NCBI GenBank assembly: GCA_000934665.2
Contig: JYFJ02000072.1
Location: forward strand, 62,001-126,000
Origin: Catajapyx aquilonaris
Taxonomy: Eukaryota
Direction of reading: 5' to 3'
Length of the DNA: 64,000 bases
A program made the position numbers and the translations under genes. The notes below the pieces were generated by a model. That model did not search any database, was not told the DNA's origin, and saw only the letters and a program-made list of their open reading frames with translations. Every line of letters begins with the position of its first letter. Position 1 is the stretch's first letter. This document shows, piece after piece, positions 1 through 13,203 of this stretch.

Positions 1-78
1 AGAATATTATGAGGTCCCAGCTGCAAAACTCACCCGGTGAGAAATTGTGTACGTGCAGATGTTCAGTACTGGCCATAT

Positions 79-210
79 ATGGAGGCAACGACTAGCGACA
101 TTTTTCCGAAGCGGCAGAAGAAGGAATCGACGATAAGCATGCTACAAGCCGAGCGAGCAAGATTTCTTCTTCTGCCGCTTCGGAAAAATGTCGCTAGTCG
201 TAGCCTCCAT
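79..210. mobile_element. Palindromic MITE-like hairpin
   Basis: ATGGAGGCAACGACTAGCGACATTTTTCCGAAGCGGCAGAAGAAG (from 79) is matched by its near-perfect reverse complement CTTCTTCTGCCGCTTCGGAAAAATGTCGCTAGTCGTAGCCTCCAT (ending 210). Weaker complementarity extends about 15 bp further out. TSD not resolved. Confidence 0.7.
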
Positions 211-3200
211 CCAGTAATAAACCGGCTTCTAACCTACGTTATCAAACGGGTAGATGACATTCCATAGAAATTCATATTGCTATTGAAAAGAATGAAGTTC
301 GAGATTGGTTGTGTGAAATTGGTGACTAATTTGCCTCAATTTCACATGCGGCAGATTTTAACTGAACTTGTGTGTTTGGCGGTCTAGCTCTAGCAAGCTT
401 AGACTTCTAAATAATTGGAGCTTGTTTTCCCCTAAGTTATATGGGTCCACAGAGAGTAAATAACTTTTTTTTAAAGAGTTTCTCCGCAATTAATTAACCC
501 AAATGTTCTGCTGTTATTTACTCCCATTACTTTTTGCCTCCCTTTTCCTGTTTCGGGCCGGGAACCTTTTTACAAAAGGTAGGTTAGAAGTGGGAAGGAA
601 ACGGCTGAGGGACCCACCCCTGCGTTCTCTGGAGGATCCGATTGCAGACAACTCCAAAAAAAGGAATGGGCTACTATGGTCATATAGAACTCTGCTCCTT
701 TCCGGCCCTTGTCAGCTGCTGTACCGTGTACGAGTATATAGGCACCTGCACTGTAGTATAAACTAGTTGTCCTCTCTGCCAGATTTAAAGCGGCGTTCTA
801 CTCGGTGCAGTGACACATATCCAACATGACAGCCAATGCAGCTCATCCCGGATATGGTGATAAACAAGCCCGAGTTACGTAAACAATATTTTCACAAAAA
901 CAGGGCAAAATGTCAAGGTTCTGCGGTTCACCATGTAATACGGCTATAACACACCCAGCTATAGACAATATCTTCTTGACGATCAATACACCGGGGTCTC
1001 ACCGAAGTTGCAGCACAGCAGCACACCTACCGAATTCGCACGACCGCCCAACATATCACATCTAGCTGCAACATTGACTCCTTATGGAAGGATACCAATT
1101 AGGCCTCGTTATCAGTTAGTCATTACTGCATATCCGATTCTCTAGCGCAAAATTAGATTTACCGCGCACCAAACTTAGCCTTCGTCCCGGTGAATGATCG
1201 CTTAAAGTTAATTTCCGGTTGGACGACTCGGAACTTCAGGTCGGTAATCAAATTTCCCGGCACATGTAGTCATCTGCGGGGGTTGATTGGCCGGGCGGGA
1301 GACCCGTTCCCATCATGTAGCTGGGTGTGAGTAGGCCATTCCGCCGGTTGGATCAGGTGGACTTGCTCAGCACCAGTATAACCAAGAGCTGGTATAACCC
1401 TTACAAAGTTGGACTACTTGAAGGAAATTGCCTCATGGTTTCCTCCACAAGAAACACGCGCCACGGCTTCTATGAATGCACTTCTGCTTGGAGCTCCAAG
1501 ATAAGCCCAAGCCCCATACATAACTCCATTAATAAGGTTTTCCCTGGCTGAAAGAGGACGCTGAGGAATGGAGTGATGGCAGGGTATCTCGACGCTATAC
1601 TTTCCGTCTTTGTAATTGGGAGTTGCTCGAGCGAGGAGACTCTCTTGTCAGGCCACTCCCAGGAAATGAGGGCTTTCTTCTGCAATAAAAGTTATTATCC
1701 AGGTATAGTAGAGTATAGTTCCAGCCGGCGAAACTGGAGGAGATAAGGCAGTTTTTGCCTGGAAGATAAGCGCCATTGTCTGCATGACTTGCGAACACCT
1801 GATAGTGATCATTCCTTGTTGTGTGTGGTTGTTGAGGGTGTGGTGTAGGTGTTGTTTAATGGAGTGAGAGAAACAGGCATATTGCGTTACAGCATTAATG
1901 TTTTAGCGAAAATGTCAGTGCTTTGGCCTTGCTTTTAGCCTCCATGTCATTTTTTTTGCTTCAAAGTTCAAACAGCAATCGACCCGGCTCTGTCAAAACT
2001 TACTCGTTAACCCCTTGCTTTTGCGTTCGTTTTTTGCCAAAAAAGGGGCAGCCATTTACTCTACAACCGTTCGTCAGTTCAATTTTGCCAAAAAATATTC
2101 AGATAGCGCATTTGGAAACTAGGAAGGCGGCACACCCTTTCTGAAATTGGCACTTGAAACTCTCCTGCATAACACCTCTCGAGACTGGAAGGAAAACAAA
2201 CGGAGTGATACGGCTCCTGTTTTCTTTGCTGGTAGCTCAACCTAACCATGGTCGCGAATGGAAATGACACTTTCTGCTATCGCATTTCACTTCCAGCCGA
2301 GTCCGCCGAAATAAAGGACCTGCCCACTTCTTCCCCCAGCAGACTTTTTCTCAACTTGGCCCATTTCCGGTAACTGTTTCTGGGGGAAAGGAGCCAGGGA
2401 TGGGGAAGGTGTATATAGGTGGTTCGCCCAGGGCACGCATCTTTGGGAGGTGGAGCAGAAATAAGGAGGAAATGAAACCGCAGCGGTTTGTTGGCCTGGC
2501 CCAATTTCAGAGGGCAGAGAAGCTGCGAAATTAAATTCGCATCAGGGCCATGCCACTTCTATTGGAGTTTAATGAACGGGTCTAGCTCATATAGCATTTT
2601 GTTTCCTATGCCTAACGAGGTTCAGCTGCGAGCAAATTACATTCGAGGGCAGTTGGGGAGATTGGAATTTATTACATTTTGTAACTCAGCTGCCCTTTGC
2701 CACATCACCCGGAATAGTGGTTGAAATTTTTTTGGGGCCTTTCAAAGCCGCTTACATAGGTTCTGTATTCATTTTGCATTCTGGTGCTCCGCGAGTCGGA
2801 AAACCCGTTTTAAACACAATTGTGGTGTTAATGAGATGGCCTCTGTTTACTGGGAGGTCGGGTATAGACCAACACCTACATTTTAACAATACAGGCTTTG
2901 GGGCGTACGTTAGTAGCTTTTAACATTTATTTTGAAATCTGGTAATGTGGAAACGCCCTTTTTATTACTCTTTTTGTAGGTGCACATGTAGTTACGGGAA
3001 AGTGAAGGCTAAAGATTTAGAGCGGCATTGCATAATTGCACAATCTGATGAAAAACTAATCTAGGCTTACCTACAGGTTGCATGGGTATAAATTTTTCCA
3101 TCCAACACACCGGAGAGAGATCACATGACTTTTTACTCTGCGGAATATATTACAGTGCGATGCCAAACAACAGGACATGTGATGCTAAACAACCCAGATG

Positions 3201-5561
3201 TTTATTTTGTGAGGAATTATGGTAGCACGCAACGAGAATTATGCATCCAAATGCTAATTTTTGGCTTGATTTGTGTTGGGCAAACGCCTTCGAAACTAGA
3301 TCCACTTAACAATTATTGCGCAAAACTTAAAGGTGCTGGAAGTGCTATTAAGCTATCTAATCAGAGGCAGCGTTAAAACGGGTGCTTAGAGTATAATCCA
3401 TAATATTGGCTCGTTGAGTGTTTCGGCAGATATAAACGTTGATGAAATGGTGCGTTCAGGCTGAAGTAAAAAGTTGGAGCCGAAATATTGACCAGCCATC
3501 GGCTCAGTCCTGCCTCCATCCTGCAGTGTCCTAAGCTATCCTCGCCCCAGGATTATGGCCCAACTTATGTGTCCTGGTTGGCAATATGAAAGTTCGGATG
3601 CTGCAGGAGGCGGAAGGGGAGATGAAGCTTATCAAGGGTAGTGAATGAAGATATGGGTGTAGTCATAGTGGATCAAGTCGAGCCAAGTCTCCTTCCCATG
3701 GAGTATGCGGGATTGATGCTTCCGCTTCCTCGCCTTCGCTTGATTGCAAGGCAGCCAGGCTTGCTCGCCTACCGAGGCACTGACTTTGGCCAGGAGCCTT
3801 GTGCTTTGCGATCCATACATCGATTTTGTATTAATCACTCGTGTCATCCTATCAAATCGGGGTGCAATAAGGCGTTCTGTTTTTGAATTGCTTTTCAAAT
3901 ATTATGGGGGCGGTGATAGGTAAAATGACGTTTATCCTGACATGATGCAGCATAAGAGTCTCAATTGATGTGCAGGTGACGGGGTTTACAGGGTGAACGG
4001 TTTGAAACGACAACTGAGGTTGTTGGAGTCCATATATCCAGAGGATATGTAGTGAGATGAAATAGCCAGCAGTTTATTGCATTATTCAATGAGTAGCCTT
4101 ATGCAGTGGCCAAACCTACAGCTGACTGAAACCTAATAATTATTTACATAACCTACACTTACTCTAAGTGTTTCGGTGTTGACACAAAATTATTAATGAA
4201 TGACCAGGGCTCTAACATCGCATTTTTGGTCTGCCCTTGTCAGTATTGCTCTTGGAACAGCGTTACTGTCAGAGTAACTATAAATTTGTAATATTAACCT
4301 CCTTTTTGCGTTCCTTTCTGCCTGCTAAGGTGCCCTTGTATTGGTAACGTGACACGCAAATATTAGGCTTTCATGTTCCTTTTGCTTGCAGCATGCAAGT
4401 GCGTGATCACTTTTTCTGATACTTGTTGATACTGCATTATTACTCTGAGCTCTGACTAATGCTTCTCTATGTCATAATTGTGAGCTTAAAAGCATTGCAA
4501 CAGTATATAGGTTATGCTGGATGGGCGGATGTACATTTTACACTACTTTTTAAAATGTGAAAGCATCTCAAGTGAAGTGCAGCAGTACAGTACAACACCG
4601 TGGGGTCCTATGAGCTGTATTAGGATTTGCTACCAGCAACAAAGCCGTCTCTGAGAAAAATCACTCTCTGTCATGGGATCCGGAAGGGGAAAATTCAGCG
4701 CAGAGTACACATATAACCATAAAAAAAAGAAGGTTGTTTGCTTCTGAACAAAAGTTTTTTTTTGCATTCTGAGTGAATCGAAATTCGGGAAGAAGGCCGC
4801 GTAAGGGCCGGAGACAAGATAGCGGAATGATGGTTGTTCCTTGCGCCTAGTTCCCTCGAGATGCTTCCGACTGAAAGCGTAGTTTGCATTTGCTGTCTGC
4901 ACCAAATTCGCTCTGGCGCCACTCCTGCCTCCTTGTCGCAGATTGGCTCACGGAACTTGGCCCGGAACAGCTTTTAGAGCTGCTTATTGCTCCAATTGGG
5001 CCGATTTTCCCAGGGAAAAGGGGGGCACTTTGCCTTTTGCCACGTGGACGGAAAGGCCAATGCAGAGTTCTAAAGAGGAGGCGGTTCTTGGAGAATTTAC
5101 TGCCCCCATGGGCGCCAGAAGGACCCTGGATCATAATTCAGGGCTATGCTATTTTCCGCTCTGGCAAAAACTGGAGTTCCCCTGACTGCTAATCTTCCTC
5201 ATCTGCGAAAAGCCCTGGTCAAAGACCGTGGAGCGCAAGAAGGGAAAATCCAACCCGTTGTGGGGAGCTCAACATTGCTTGCGGACACAGGCAGATGTTG
5301 CTGTACTGGCCTATATCTGGAAAGGGCTTTTCCAACATGTATATACACAGTGGTGGATTAAACCAGATTTTCGGCTTGGTAATTTTTTTTAGAAATATGT
5401 TTATTATTTTGCTTATCTGCATAAAGCGGTTTCATAATATTATCAGAGAGTGCCAAACATATGTTTTTGGTTAAATGCTGGTATTCCATATGATTGTGTA
5501 AAACCTGCATAGTTTCCTCTCTCGACACATTGTCCCTTTCCCACTTGAACAAAATCCGGGG

Positions 5562-5739
5562 CTGCTTCCACTCCAGCCGTGTTTGAACCCCACTCGCACT
5601 TTTCATCAGGGATGAAAATTTCCCCCGGGAGATTTACCGTCAACAAGAATGTGTTTCCCTGTAAACCGGGGGCTTGTCGCAGCTGATAATGCCCCGCCGT
5701 TATTTTCCCCCGGCAGTTTCAAACATGATGGAAATGCAG
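5562..5739. mobile_element. Degenerate inverted-repeat element (possible old MITE)
   Basis: CTGCTTCCA...CCGTGTTTGAA pairs imperfectly with TTCAAACATGATGGAAATGCAG, and there are internal TTCCCCCGG/CCGGGGG motifs. Boundaries are approximate. Confidence 0.35.
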
Positions 5740-6330
5740 ATCACTTCAGCGGCTTAGTTGCTGCAGTGCTACGAAAGTTACTTTTGGGCTCCAGCCACAC
5801 TGCATAGTCGCTTGATTGAACGTGATAATAATCACCTATAGGCGCATAATTACTGCAAGTTGAAAGTTAATGTATCAAGTTACGTGCAGTTTAACAATTG
5901 CCACGGCCTCTTCAACGGGAGTGTGCTAGGTGACGGTGGAATGAAGTTCTCTCCAGTACTACATATTAATTATGGAATAGTCAGTGGATGAAGTGGAGCC
6001 TGGTAAAAATCCTTTCAAAAGTAGGGAACTGGAAGACTTGCTGATTTATTTTTAGAATTATTCGGCCTACGACCTCATGTGAACCAGAAGTTTCGTACTT
6101 TCTCAGTAAAAATTAGCAGACGGAAAAATCATTCTGACTGCATGCCAAAAAAGCGAAAGGGCTCAGTTTAATATTTTTGCAGCCATTAATCTGCATCACG
6201 GTGTGTCAATTTTAGCGTGCTTTCAATATTTCGGAAATCGTCGTGGGAAATTCCAAAATATTCAATTCACAACTTTATTAAAAGCCCTGGCCACCATCAC
6301 GCTCATTTGCACAGAGCTATATTAAGCAAT

Positions 6331-6580
6331 AGAAGGGGTTAGTGCCATAACGTGCTAAGCCACACTTTTGTGTTTTTTGAGCTTGCACGTGTCTGAAAGT
6401 CCCACCATCGTGCTTCACAAGTGGGCATCACGTAGTTAGAAAAATTCCCCATAGATCACGAGAAAATCACGAATAATGTTCCTTGTTTTGTATGATTTCC
6501 ATATTAAGCCAAACTTTTGAAAGCCCATATCTCAGAATGAAGGTTTTGTGGCTTAGCACGTTATGGCACTAACCCATTCT
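6331..6580. mobile_element. MITE with ~34-bp terminal inverted repeats
   Basis: Left AGAAGGGGTTAGTGCCATAACGTGCTAAGCCACA and right TGTGGCTTAGCACGTTATGGCACTAACCCATTCT differ by one mismatch. The interior is non-coding. CAAT occurs at both flanks, but the exact TSD is ambiguous. Confidence 0.8.
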
Positions 6581-9500
6581 TCAATCCAAACAGCGAGTTT
6601 GCAATGGCAGCTCAATTTTTACACACCAAACGCCAGATATTCCATTTAGCACCCGCCAGCAATTCACTAATCCGTACCTGCTGCTGCAGGCATGGTTATT
6701 TTGGTTAATGTAACGCTAGCATGCTTCTGACTGGAGGTGTATTCAGAATCCATGCAGCAGGGGGTGCGGTTCGAGACCAATAGGTCTTCTCGCTGTCATG
6801 CGGTCGAGCAAGCAGGACGTAAAAGGATCGCATGAGCTTTGTCGCGGCCTGTGGAATTGCGGCTAATTGCATGCGGGCGTCGCAACAACTCCGACATCCC
6901 TCCTAGATTATAGAGCCCAACTACTCCGACACAATAGGCCTTCTGCACGCAGCCTGCAGCAACTTGCGTCGACCGATATCTGTATAGCCCACTCCATTTC
7001 TCATTGCGTCCTATGGACAACCCTGCTATACCTCCTATTACATATGGGAAAAGCTGCATGCCTTTTCGGGGCCACATTGTGTACAGCAGAGGGTTTAATT
7101 TTAGAATTGCCAGTTTGTTCAGGCCATTATTGACGCCCAATTTAATGGGAGTCGATAATTTAAAGGACATGTCGTGTTTTCTGATGGCAGTGAGGGGCCC
7201 TGCATGTGTGGAGAGAATTCGCTCAGAATTTCAACAAGTGGTGTATAGTGTATACTCAAGATATTTAACTTATATTATCATAAGCAAAATATGTATGGAG
7301 GCGTTATACTGGTATATGCATGTTACGCTAATTTTAATAGACCACCTGAAATTTGATAACCAAAACAAGAGAATGTGCTGCTAAAGTCAACGCGGGGCTA
7401 TTATGTAAATGTTTTCAAAAGGCGAGAGAAGGTTGTAATAATAATAATACTTGGTACATTAGGGGCATTTCAATGCTGACCCAGCCTATGAGGCCCTGCA
7501 GCTCATAGTTGTTTCGAGAGGACACAGAATTGCGAATTTTGTGCATTTTAAAATTAGTCTTTGTAAGATAGGTACCGGTATGCCATTGTTTTGATATTGC
7601 TATTGCGTTGTTAAGTGCTGTATTTTTGCCATTTTTGATCCAGCATAATCGCTTAATTTTAAAAATAACGTATCAAGAACAAACCATTCTGGTTCCTATA
7701 GAAAGGAGGCCACTCTGAGGACTGACCATCGCAATGTATCACTTTTCTTTATGTATTTCCCCATCCCAAGTTTCCACGACAGACACGTTTCAGCTTATAT
7801 GAAGGAACCCCAGTCATATCCCATATTAAAGCACCCCGGGAGTGTATCCGTGCTCTGAAGTCAGAGCAGGGCAGTGGCACTGTAGATCCTCCATTGATCC
7901 CAGAGTGTTGTTGACAAAGACACGGACAAGTCCAAGGATGGAGCACTCCATCACGGCTTTGTTATAAAAATATTGTCCCAGGATTACGTTCAGCCTCTCT
8001 CCTGCTAAGTGGCCTAAGGACAAACTCATCGTTGCTAATACACACAATTCGCCACGTTCCAATATTTGCACAGAGATTTTATGACTCTATGGCTGGATGG
8101 GTATAGCAAGAAGAATATTAGAAATGAAACATGGCAGCTTAGGGATAAATACGCCGAGGCTGCAATGTAATTCCACACCTCCCAGAGAGGTGCTTTGTAA
8201 TGTTTATTGCTAGAATCCTGTTGCAGTAGCTTGTACACACGGGGCCAAATAGTACACTGCCACTGCAGGTACTACGTACTATGGCGTTTCCGCTCTTCCA
8301 TGCCCCTAATCAATAGGCGCCATGGCCGTCGGGGTGGACACTTTTAGCTCTCACAGCCGAATTTTTTTTGTGTGCGCCTTTTGTATTTTTGTGTGCGGGT
8401 GGGAAGGGGGATGAGGGCGGATCGTGTGTGGTGTGAATTCCAATAGAACCAGAAGTGTTGTCGAGCATTAAAAATGGGCTGGGACAAAAATGGATATTTT
8501 TCCCGCTGCCGAAGGAAACGCGTGGCATTGGATTTCTGTCATCGGAATCGGATGCGGTGACATGTCATGTTTGTGTGACAGGCTGACCTTTCATGAGGTC
8601 GAGGATGTATTTCACACGTTTGGTAAGAATACTGATGAATGTTTCGGACGGATCGTTGCTCTTGTCAAAATACCACCCATGCTATACATCATTGGCAATA
8701 TTATTGTCCTCAACATAGCGTATACAGTACAGTACAGTACACAGTACGAAAAGTAATCCTGATCCTGCAGGTTATGCCAAACGTGATACAAGGGTGCTTG
8801 CCTACGAGGTTAGGATGAAAGCAGAACGAGGTGTACACATTCTGGAGGTAAAGATGATTAATGAGATAGGCTTATTTTATTGTAGATGTGTCAATTGGCC
8901 TGCGATGCTTTGTAATCGAAATTACTTGCTTTGTATATACCACGAACTATATGGCATACCCAGGAAAATATTTGCATCCGAGAGTTGAATTTCTCTGAAA
9001 ATGGCTAACAAACAGTCGCTCGGATGCATGCAGCGCTTGTGCTATAGTGCAGTGTACATATTGAACGCCAATTATCTCGCAGTAACGAGGTGTCGCCTAC
9101 CAAGTGAATCTTTGCATAAAATGATCGTGGAGTGACCCAGAATTCATCCCACGTCTCTCCGTCTGCAACAGTTTAGATTGGCACACAAATAACTCTAGTT
9201 GGTATGCCTGCAAGAAATGCACACCTATAAGAAAATATTGAATTAGTATAAGAACGCCAGGTGATAATGTCCATTGTTTCTCTCTTCCTTTTGAACCATA
9301 GCTCCTGGTTTATAACTCAATTTGAGGCTTCTGAGATGGGAAAAGCTGGAATCACAACCCTTAGTAAAAAGGCGTTTGAAAAACCTTGGTAACTTGGTTG
9401 GAGGGAACAAAAGCGTTATAGAGACCATTACAATGCAATTCCCCCACGCAATTTGGTCCCCGAGACTATATAGTGTCCTCCATTTTGGAAGAGAGACGGC

Positions 9501-10201
9501 TAGGTCTTAAATCTCCACGTGTGCCGGAGAACAAAGAGGAAGATGGGGAGGAAAAGGCTGATGGGGAGTACTGTCCTGATGTTGCGTAAGTAAATTTCTC
9601 AGCCATTTCCTCCCGACTTAACGACACACTTGGCATTCAAATGTGATGAGCGAGGGCGCTTTGTAGATGGAGCAGAACAAATTGGGGGGATAAGTTATCG
9701 CGACGGAATAGGAAGAGGTTGCTATCAGGCCTTTAGGGAGAGCCAGCCGATGGGCTGCTTCGGATTCGAAGGCGACAGTCAAGTCGAGGAAGGACCAGAT
9801 ATCGCGACCCGCTTCTTGGGAACGGATCAAAAAGACTAATAAGCGAGGGTATAAGCTTAGGGGAAGATCAAGCGAATTTTGATGTAAGGAGAAAGAGCTC
9901 TCGATGGAAATTCATGAGCAGAGGGTTCAGGTGGGCGATATTAGTCAGCTGCAGGAGATGTGATCTTATCTTCATCTTTATGGATCTGGTGCTTAGGCGT
10001 GCGGGAGCCGTTGAGCTCCATCCATTTTCTGGAGTGTAATGATTCATGTAAATGGTGTAGCTCATGAATGGCACTGTGACATAATGTTGCAGCTTTGTTG
10101 GTGTGAGACTGTGAGTAAGTGAACTGTTGTGATATAAGAAGCTTGGAAGCTCGCCTTCGTCCGACGTCACTGCCTTTTGAACATCCATCCACCGCTAGAA
10201 G

Positions 10202-10724
10202 ATGAACCGCATCTATTACGACGACCACAACAATGTTGTGGTGGGTGAAGATGACATCAACGAGAACCTCCGATTCTCCAAAGTGCCCCTGGTCACTCCG
10301 GAGGACTATCTTCTGGCCAATGGACCACCCCCATCGCCGCTTGCGACCACTTCTCTGGACCAGTCTCCGGAGGATGTTTCCCGGAGCTCCCCCAAGGCCA
10401 AAAGAGTGTATGGTGAGGCGCAGGTGCCAGAACCGAGGTGGAAGAAAAGTTACCACCAAAGTTACGGTCGGTTTGTGAGTCGCATGACCCGCATGGACAT
10501 CTCCAGGCGCTTTACAGTCGACTTGCATGGCTTGGAAGAGAAGTGGAGGAGGTCTGTAGCTGCATCCATGGGATGCAGGAGCACCATGGAAGAGGCGTTC
10601 CTCAAGTTCAGGAAGGATCGTTGCGAGCAGGCGTTCGCGTTCAAGAAGGATTTCAAGTTCGGGGTACGAAGATCTCCCAGCTCCAAGTCGTCCGCTTCGA
10701 CAACGCTCTCCACTGCTGAAACAG
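10202..10724 (+). CDS. Candidate first coding exon of the DBS/MCF2L-like RhoGEF (long isoform)
   Basis: ATG-initiated 174-codon frame with coding-like composition (MNRIYYDD...WRRSVAASMGCRSTMEEAFLKFRKD...TAET). It ends at donor AG|GTTTGT in phase 1, matching the phase-1 acceptor TTGCAG|AT at 23556. The linkage is inferred, not shown. Confidence 0.55.
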
Positions 10725-10819
10725 GTTTGTAAACAGTATTTACCGCGAGATGACTTTTGGTACATGTGTACGAACTGGGGTCCAGTGTGAACTGGTAGCA
10801 TATTCAAATGGGGCGCCCG

Positions 10820-11460
10820 GGACCACATCCCTCTGCCAAGTGGACCCTTCCTTCGACGCATGCGCCGTGGCATCATCCGCACAGGGTGGGCTGAGGAGGG
10901 GGTGAGGGGATAGAGGCGCCCCCACCCCCACCCCCACCCACTGCCGACAGATCGAGACGCCGGCTGTGGTGGGTGGCTGGCGCTTGGCCTCTAAGCGCCA
11001 TGTTGACGGCCTTGGACCCCTGGCACTCAGGACACCAGGCGGAGGGCAGGGGAGGCCCCTGGGCGGAGGAAGGGGCGGCCGAATAGTCCGGGAGGGACCC
11101 CGGCCTCCGGAGACGGGATCCGCGCAGCTGCAAGGGTGAGCATGCGGGGACGGGGCAGGCACGCATCGCCCCTACCCTGCGGTGCCCTTTAGGCGCAGTT
11201 TTGTGCGTCTCGTTTGGTTGGGGGCGGGAGGGGAGATCCACCCATCTGCCATCGGCGGCAGGGGACGGAGGAAGGGGAGGCTTGCAAATCTCGACCTTTT
11301 CGGCCTGCTCGTGCTTGTCACAGGCGCCGCCTCCTCTTCCGACCTCGCCTCTCGCCCAGCTATGTGTGCCTTCCTTCCACACGTGCTTCCTGTGTTCGAC
11401 TCACTCGTCGCACGTGCCCATGTTTGCCCATTAATCCGTCCTCACTCACTCACTGATTGA
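10820..11460. promoter_or_regulatory. GC/CpG-rich island, candidate promoter or non-coding first exon
   Basis: Markedly GC- and CpG-rich with several GGGCGG boxes, in contrast to the AT-rich, CpG-poor DNA from 11.5 kb on. It lies upstream of the splice acceptor that precedes the 13204 ORF. Confidence 0.45.
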
Positions 11461-12011
11461 CCTGTCCACAGTCACTGATGGCCTGCACATGTCATGGAAA
11501 AAAAACACTAGTTCGTATTTATTGTGTGTGACTGCTTGTAAAGGGGTGTGGAAATGCACAAGAAGAAGAAAAAAAACATAGGCTGCTAGACAGGCATTGC
11601 TACCTGCCAGTAAAAATTTCGGTGCATGTTGTTCAGTCATACACGATTAGGCAATTAATTTAAATTCAGCAAGTTGACCAGGGCTTTTGATAGTTGGTGT
11701 TTGAAATGAGAGCCTAAGAGTGCCGCAACGCATCTCGCTATAGTGGATAACAGCTGTGAATGTTGACAATCCCATTAAAGGAGTTGTTCCTAAAGTATAT
11801 CAGACCAGCATTTTTCACGTCCCCCTAAATCCATGTCATGATTTTCCAGACCCCCATCCAGAGGCACATAATCCTCCTGTTAATAATATTTTAATAGTTC
11901 CCCTCCTCAAGCTTAGGATATTTGCTGCCACAAAACTAGACTTTGAATGCTACTATTGGCCTTGCTACAAGAAACTAGGAATCTGTAATTGGCTAATTGT
12001 ATAAAAGGGTA

Positions 12012-12186
12012 CAGTGAAACCTGTTCATAATGGACCCTGAGAGTAGTGGGAACCTGTCCATTGTGAAATTATTTTTGGTAAGGGTCATAGGGCGTGCAAT
12101 TATTTTTTGACTTCTATAATGGAAACATGCCCATCATGGAAAAATTTTCGGGTCCCATGAGATTCTGCTATACACAAGTTTCACTG
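12012..12186. mobile_element. pogo/Tigger-like MITE
   Basis: TA|CAGTGAAACCTGT ... ACAAGTTTCACTG|TA: CAGT termini with TA target duplications. Confidence 0.75.
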
Positions 12187-12274
12187 TATTAGGTCATTAT
12201 TCAGAATTGGAAGCGTCATAATTTTTTCATGTTTCTACTGACATGCTGGGATATACGCAACAGGATGTTCTATA

Positions 12275-12421
12275 CACTGTAAACCGCAAAACATTAAAAG
12301 AGCATCACTGGTGAGTCTCACATGGAACATCAATTTGTAATGCTCTTCTAATGCTCTTGTGATGCTCCTGTGATGCTTTTTTGTTGCTAAAAAGGGTTTT
12401 AATGATTTCAGGTTTACAGTG
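12275..12421. mobile_element. CACTG-terminated MITE (CMC/EnSpm-like)
   Basis: TA|CACTGTAAACC ... GGTTTACAGTG|TA, with subterminal GAGCATCAC/GTGATGCT repeats and 2-bp TA flanks. Confidence 0.7.
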
Positions 12422-12550
12422 TACTCAGTTGAGGTATCACAAATGAATTTCTGATTCCTAGAACAACTAAACTTCTAGCCATGAACATGCTGGCTTGCAG
12501 TTCATTAAAATTAAATGAAAAACCCACAAAGATGGCTATTTGAAATATTT

Positions 12551-12560
12551 AATAATAATA

Positions 12561-12599
<39 letters not shown>

Positions 12600-12624
12600 T
12601 AATAATAATAATAACAATAATAAT
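12551..12624. repeat. (AAT)n microsatellite, imperfect
   Basis: Run of AAT units with a few AAC/AAGT interruptions. Confidence 0.95.
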
Positions 12625-13203
12625 TCACCAGTATTTGTAACCTGTAGAAATTGAAATCATTATTGAGATTAACTGGTTTAAGTTGGCTGTCGGTAATATA
12701 GCTATAATTTTTTGAAAACTGTGACCTACCATTCTGAATAATTTCATATGATTCGATTTAAAATGCCTCCATATCATGGTCGGTTATTGTGGCACCAACT
12801 CCCTTCCCTGACCCATACCATGTTAAGGTACTGTACTTACCGATAGACATTAATAAGCAAATCAAGCCTGGCCATTATACTAAAATTAATACTTCATACT
12901 CCACATGGCAGGATCAGTATTGTGAAAAGGAGATGAGTCATGTGTAACCCACATTGTTGTGGTTAGTTGAATGCATGCTACTAATGAGGGGGAAGTCACT
13001 TTGGAACTTTGTCATACATTTCACCAGAAATACATGAGCCGATCTTACTTTCTTACAAGGTTAAGGTACAAGTCCACAAAAAGTCTGGCTGGATTTACCG
13101 AAATCTAAATCCCATCTTATGCAAAAATGTGGAGTGACTTACCTCTCTTGTAGCTAGTCAGGCACACATTTGTAACAGGGGTCATTCTTGGCAGTTAAGC
13201 ACA

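Noticed and set aside
780..1800. Possible decayed LINE fragment on the minus strand (CGGNHEA, zinc-knuckle-like)
   Set aside because: Only isolated short motifs among stops. No RT or endonuclease signature could be confirmed without a search.
9941..10882. 313-aa minus-strand ORF
   Set aside because: Antisense shadow of the GC-rich plus-strand exon at 10202. No recognisable domain.
10740..11460. Several overlapping Pro/Arg/Gly-rich ORFs
   Set aside because: Expected by chance in a GC-rich island. No motifs or consistent splice structure.
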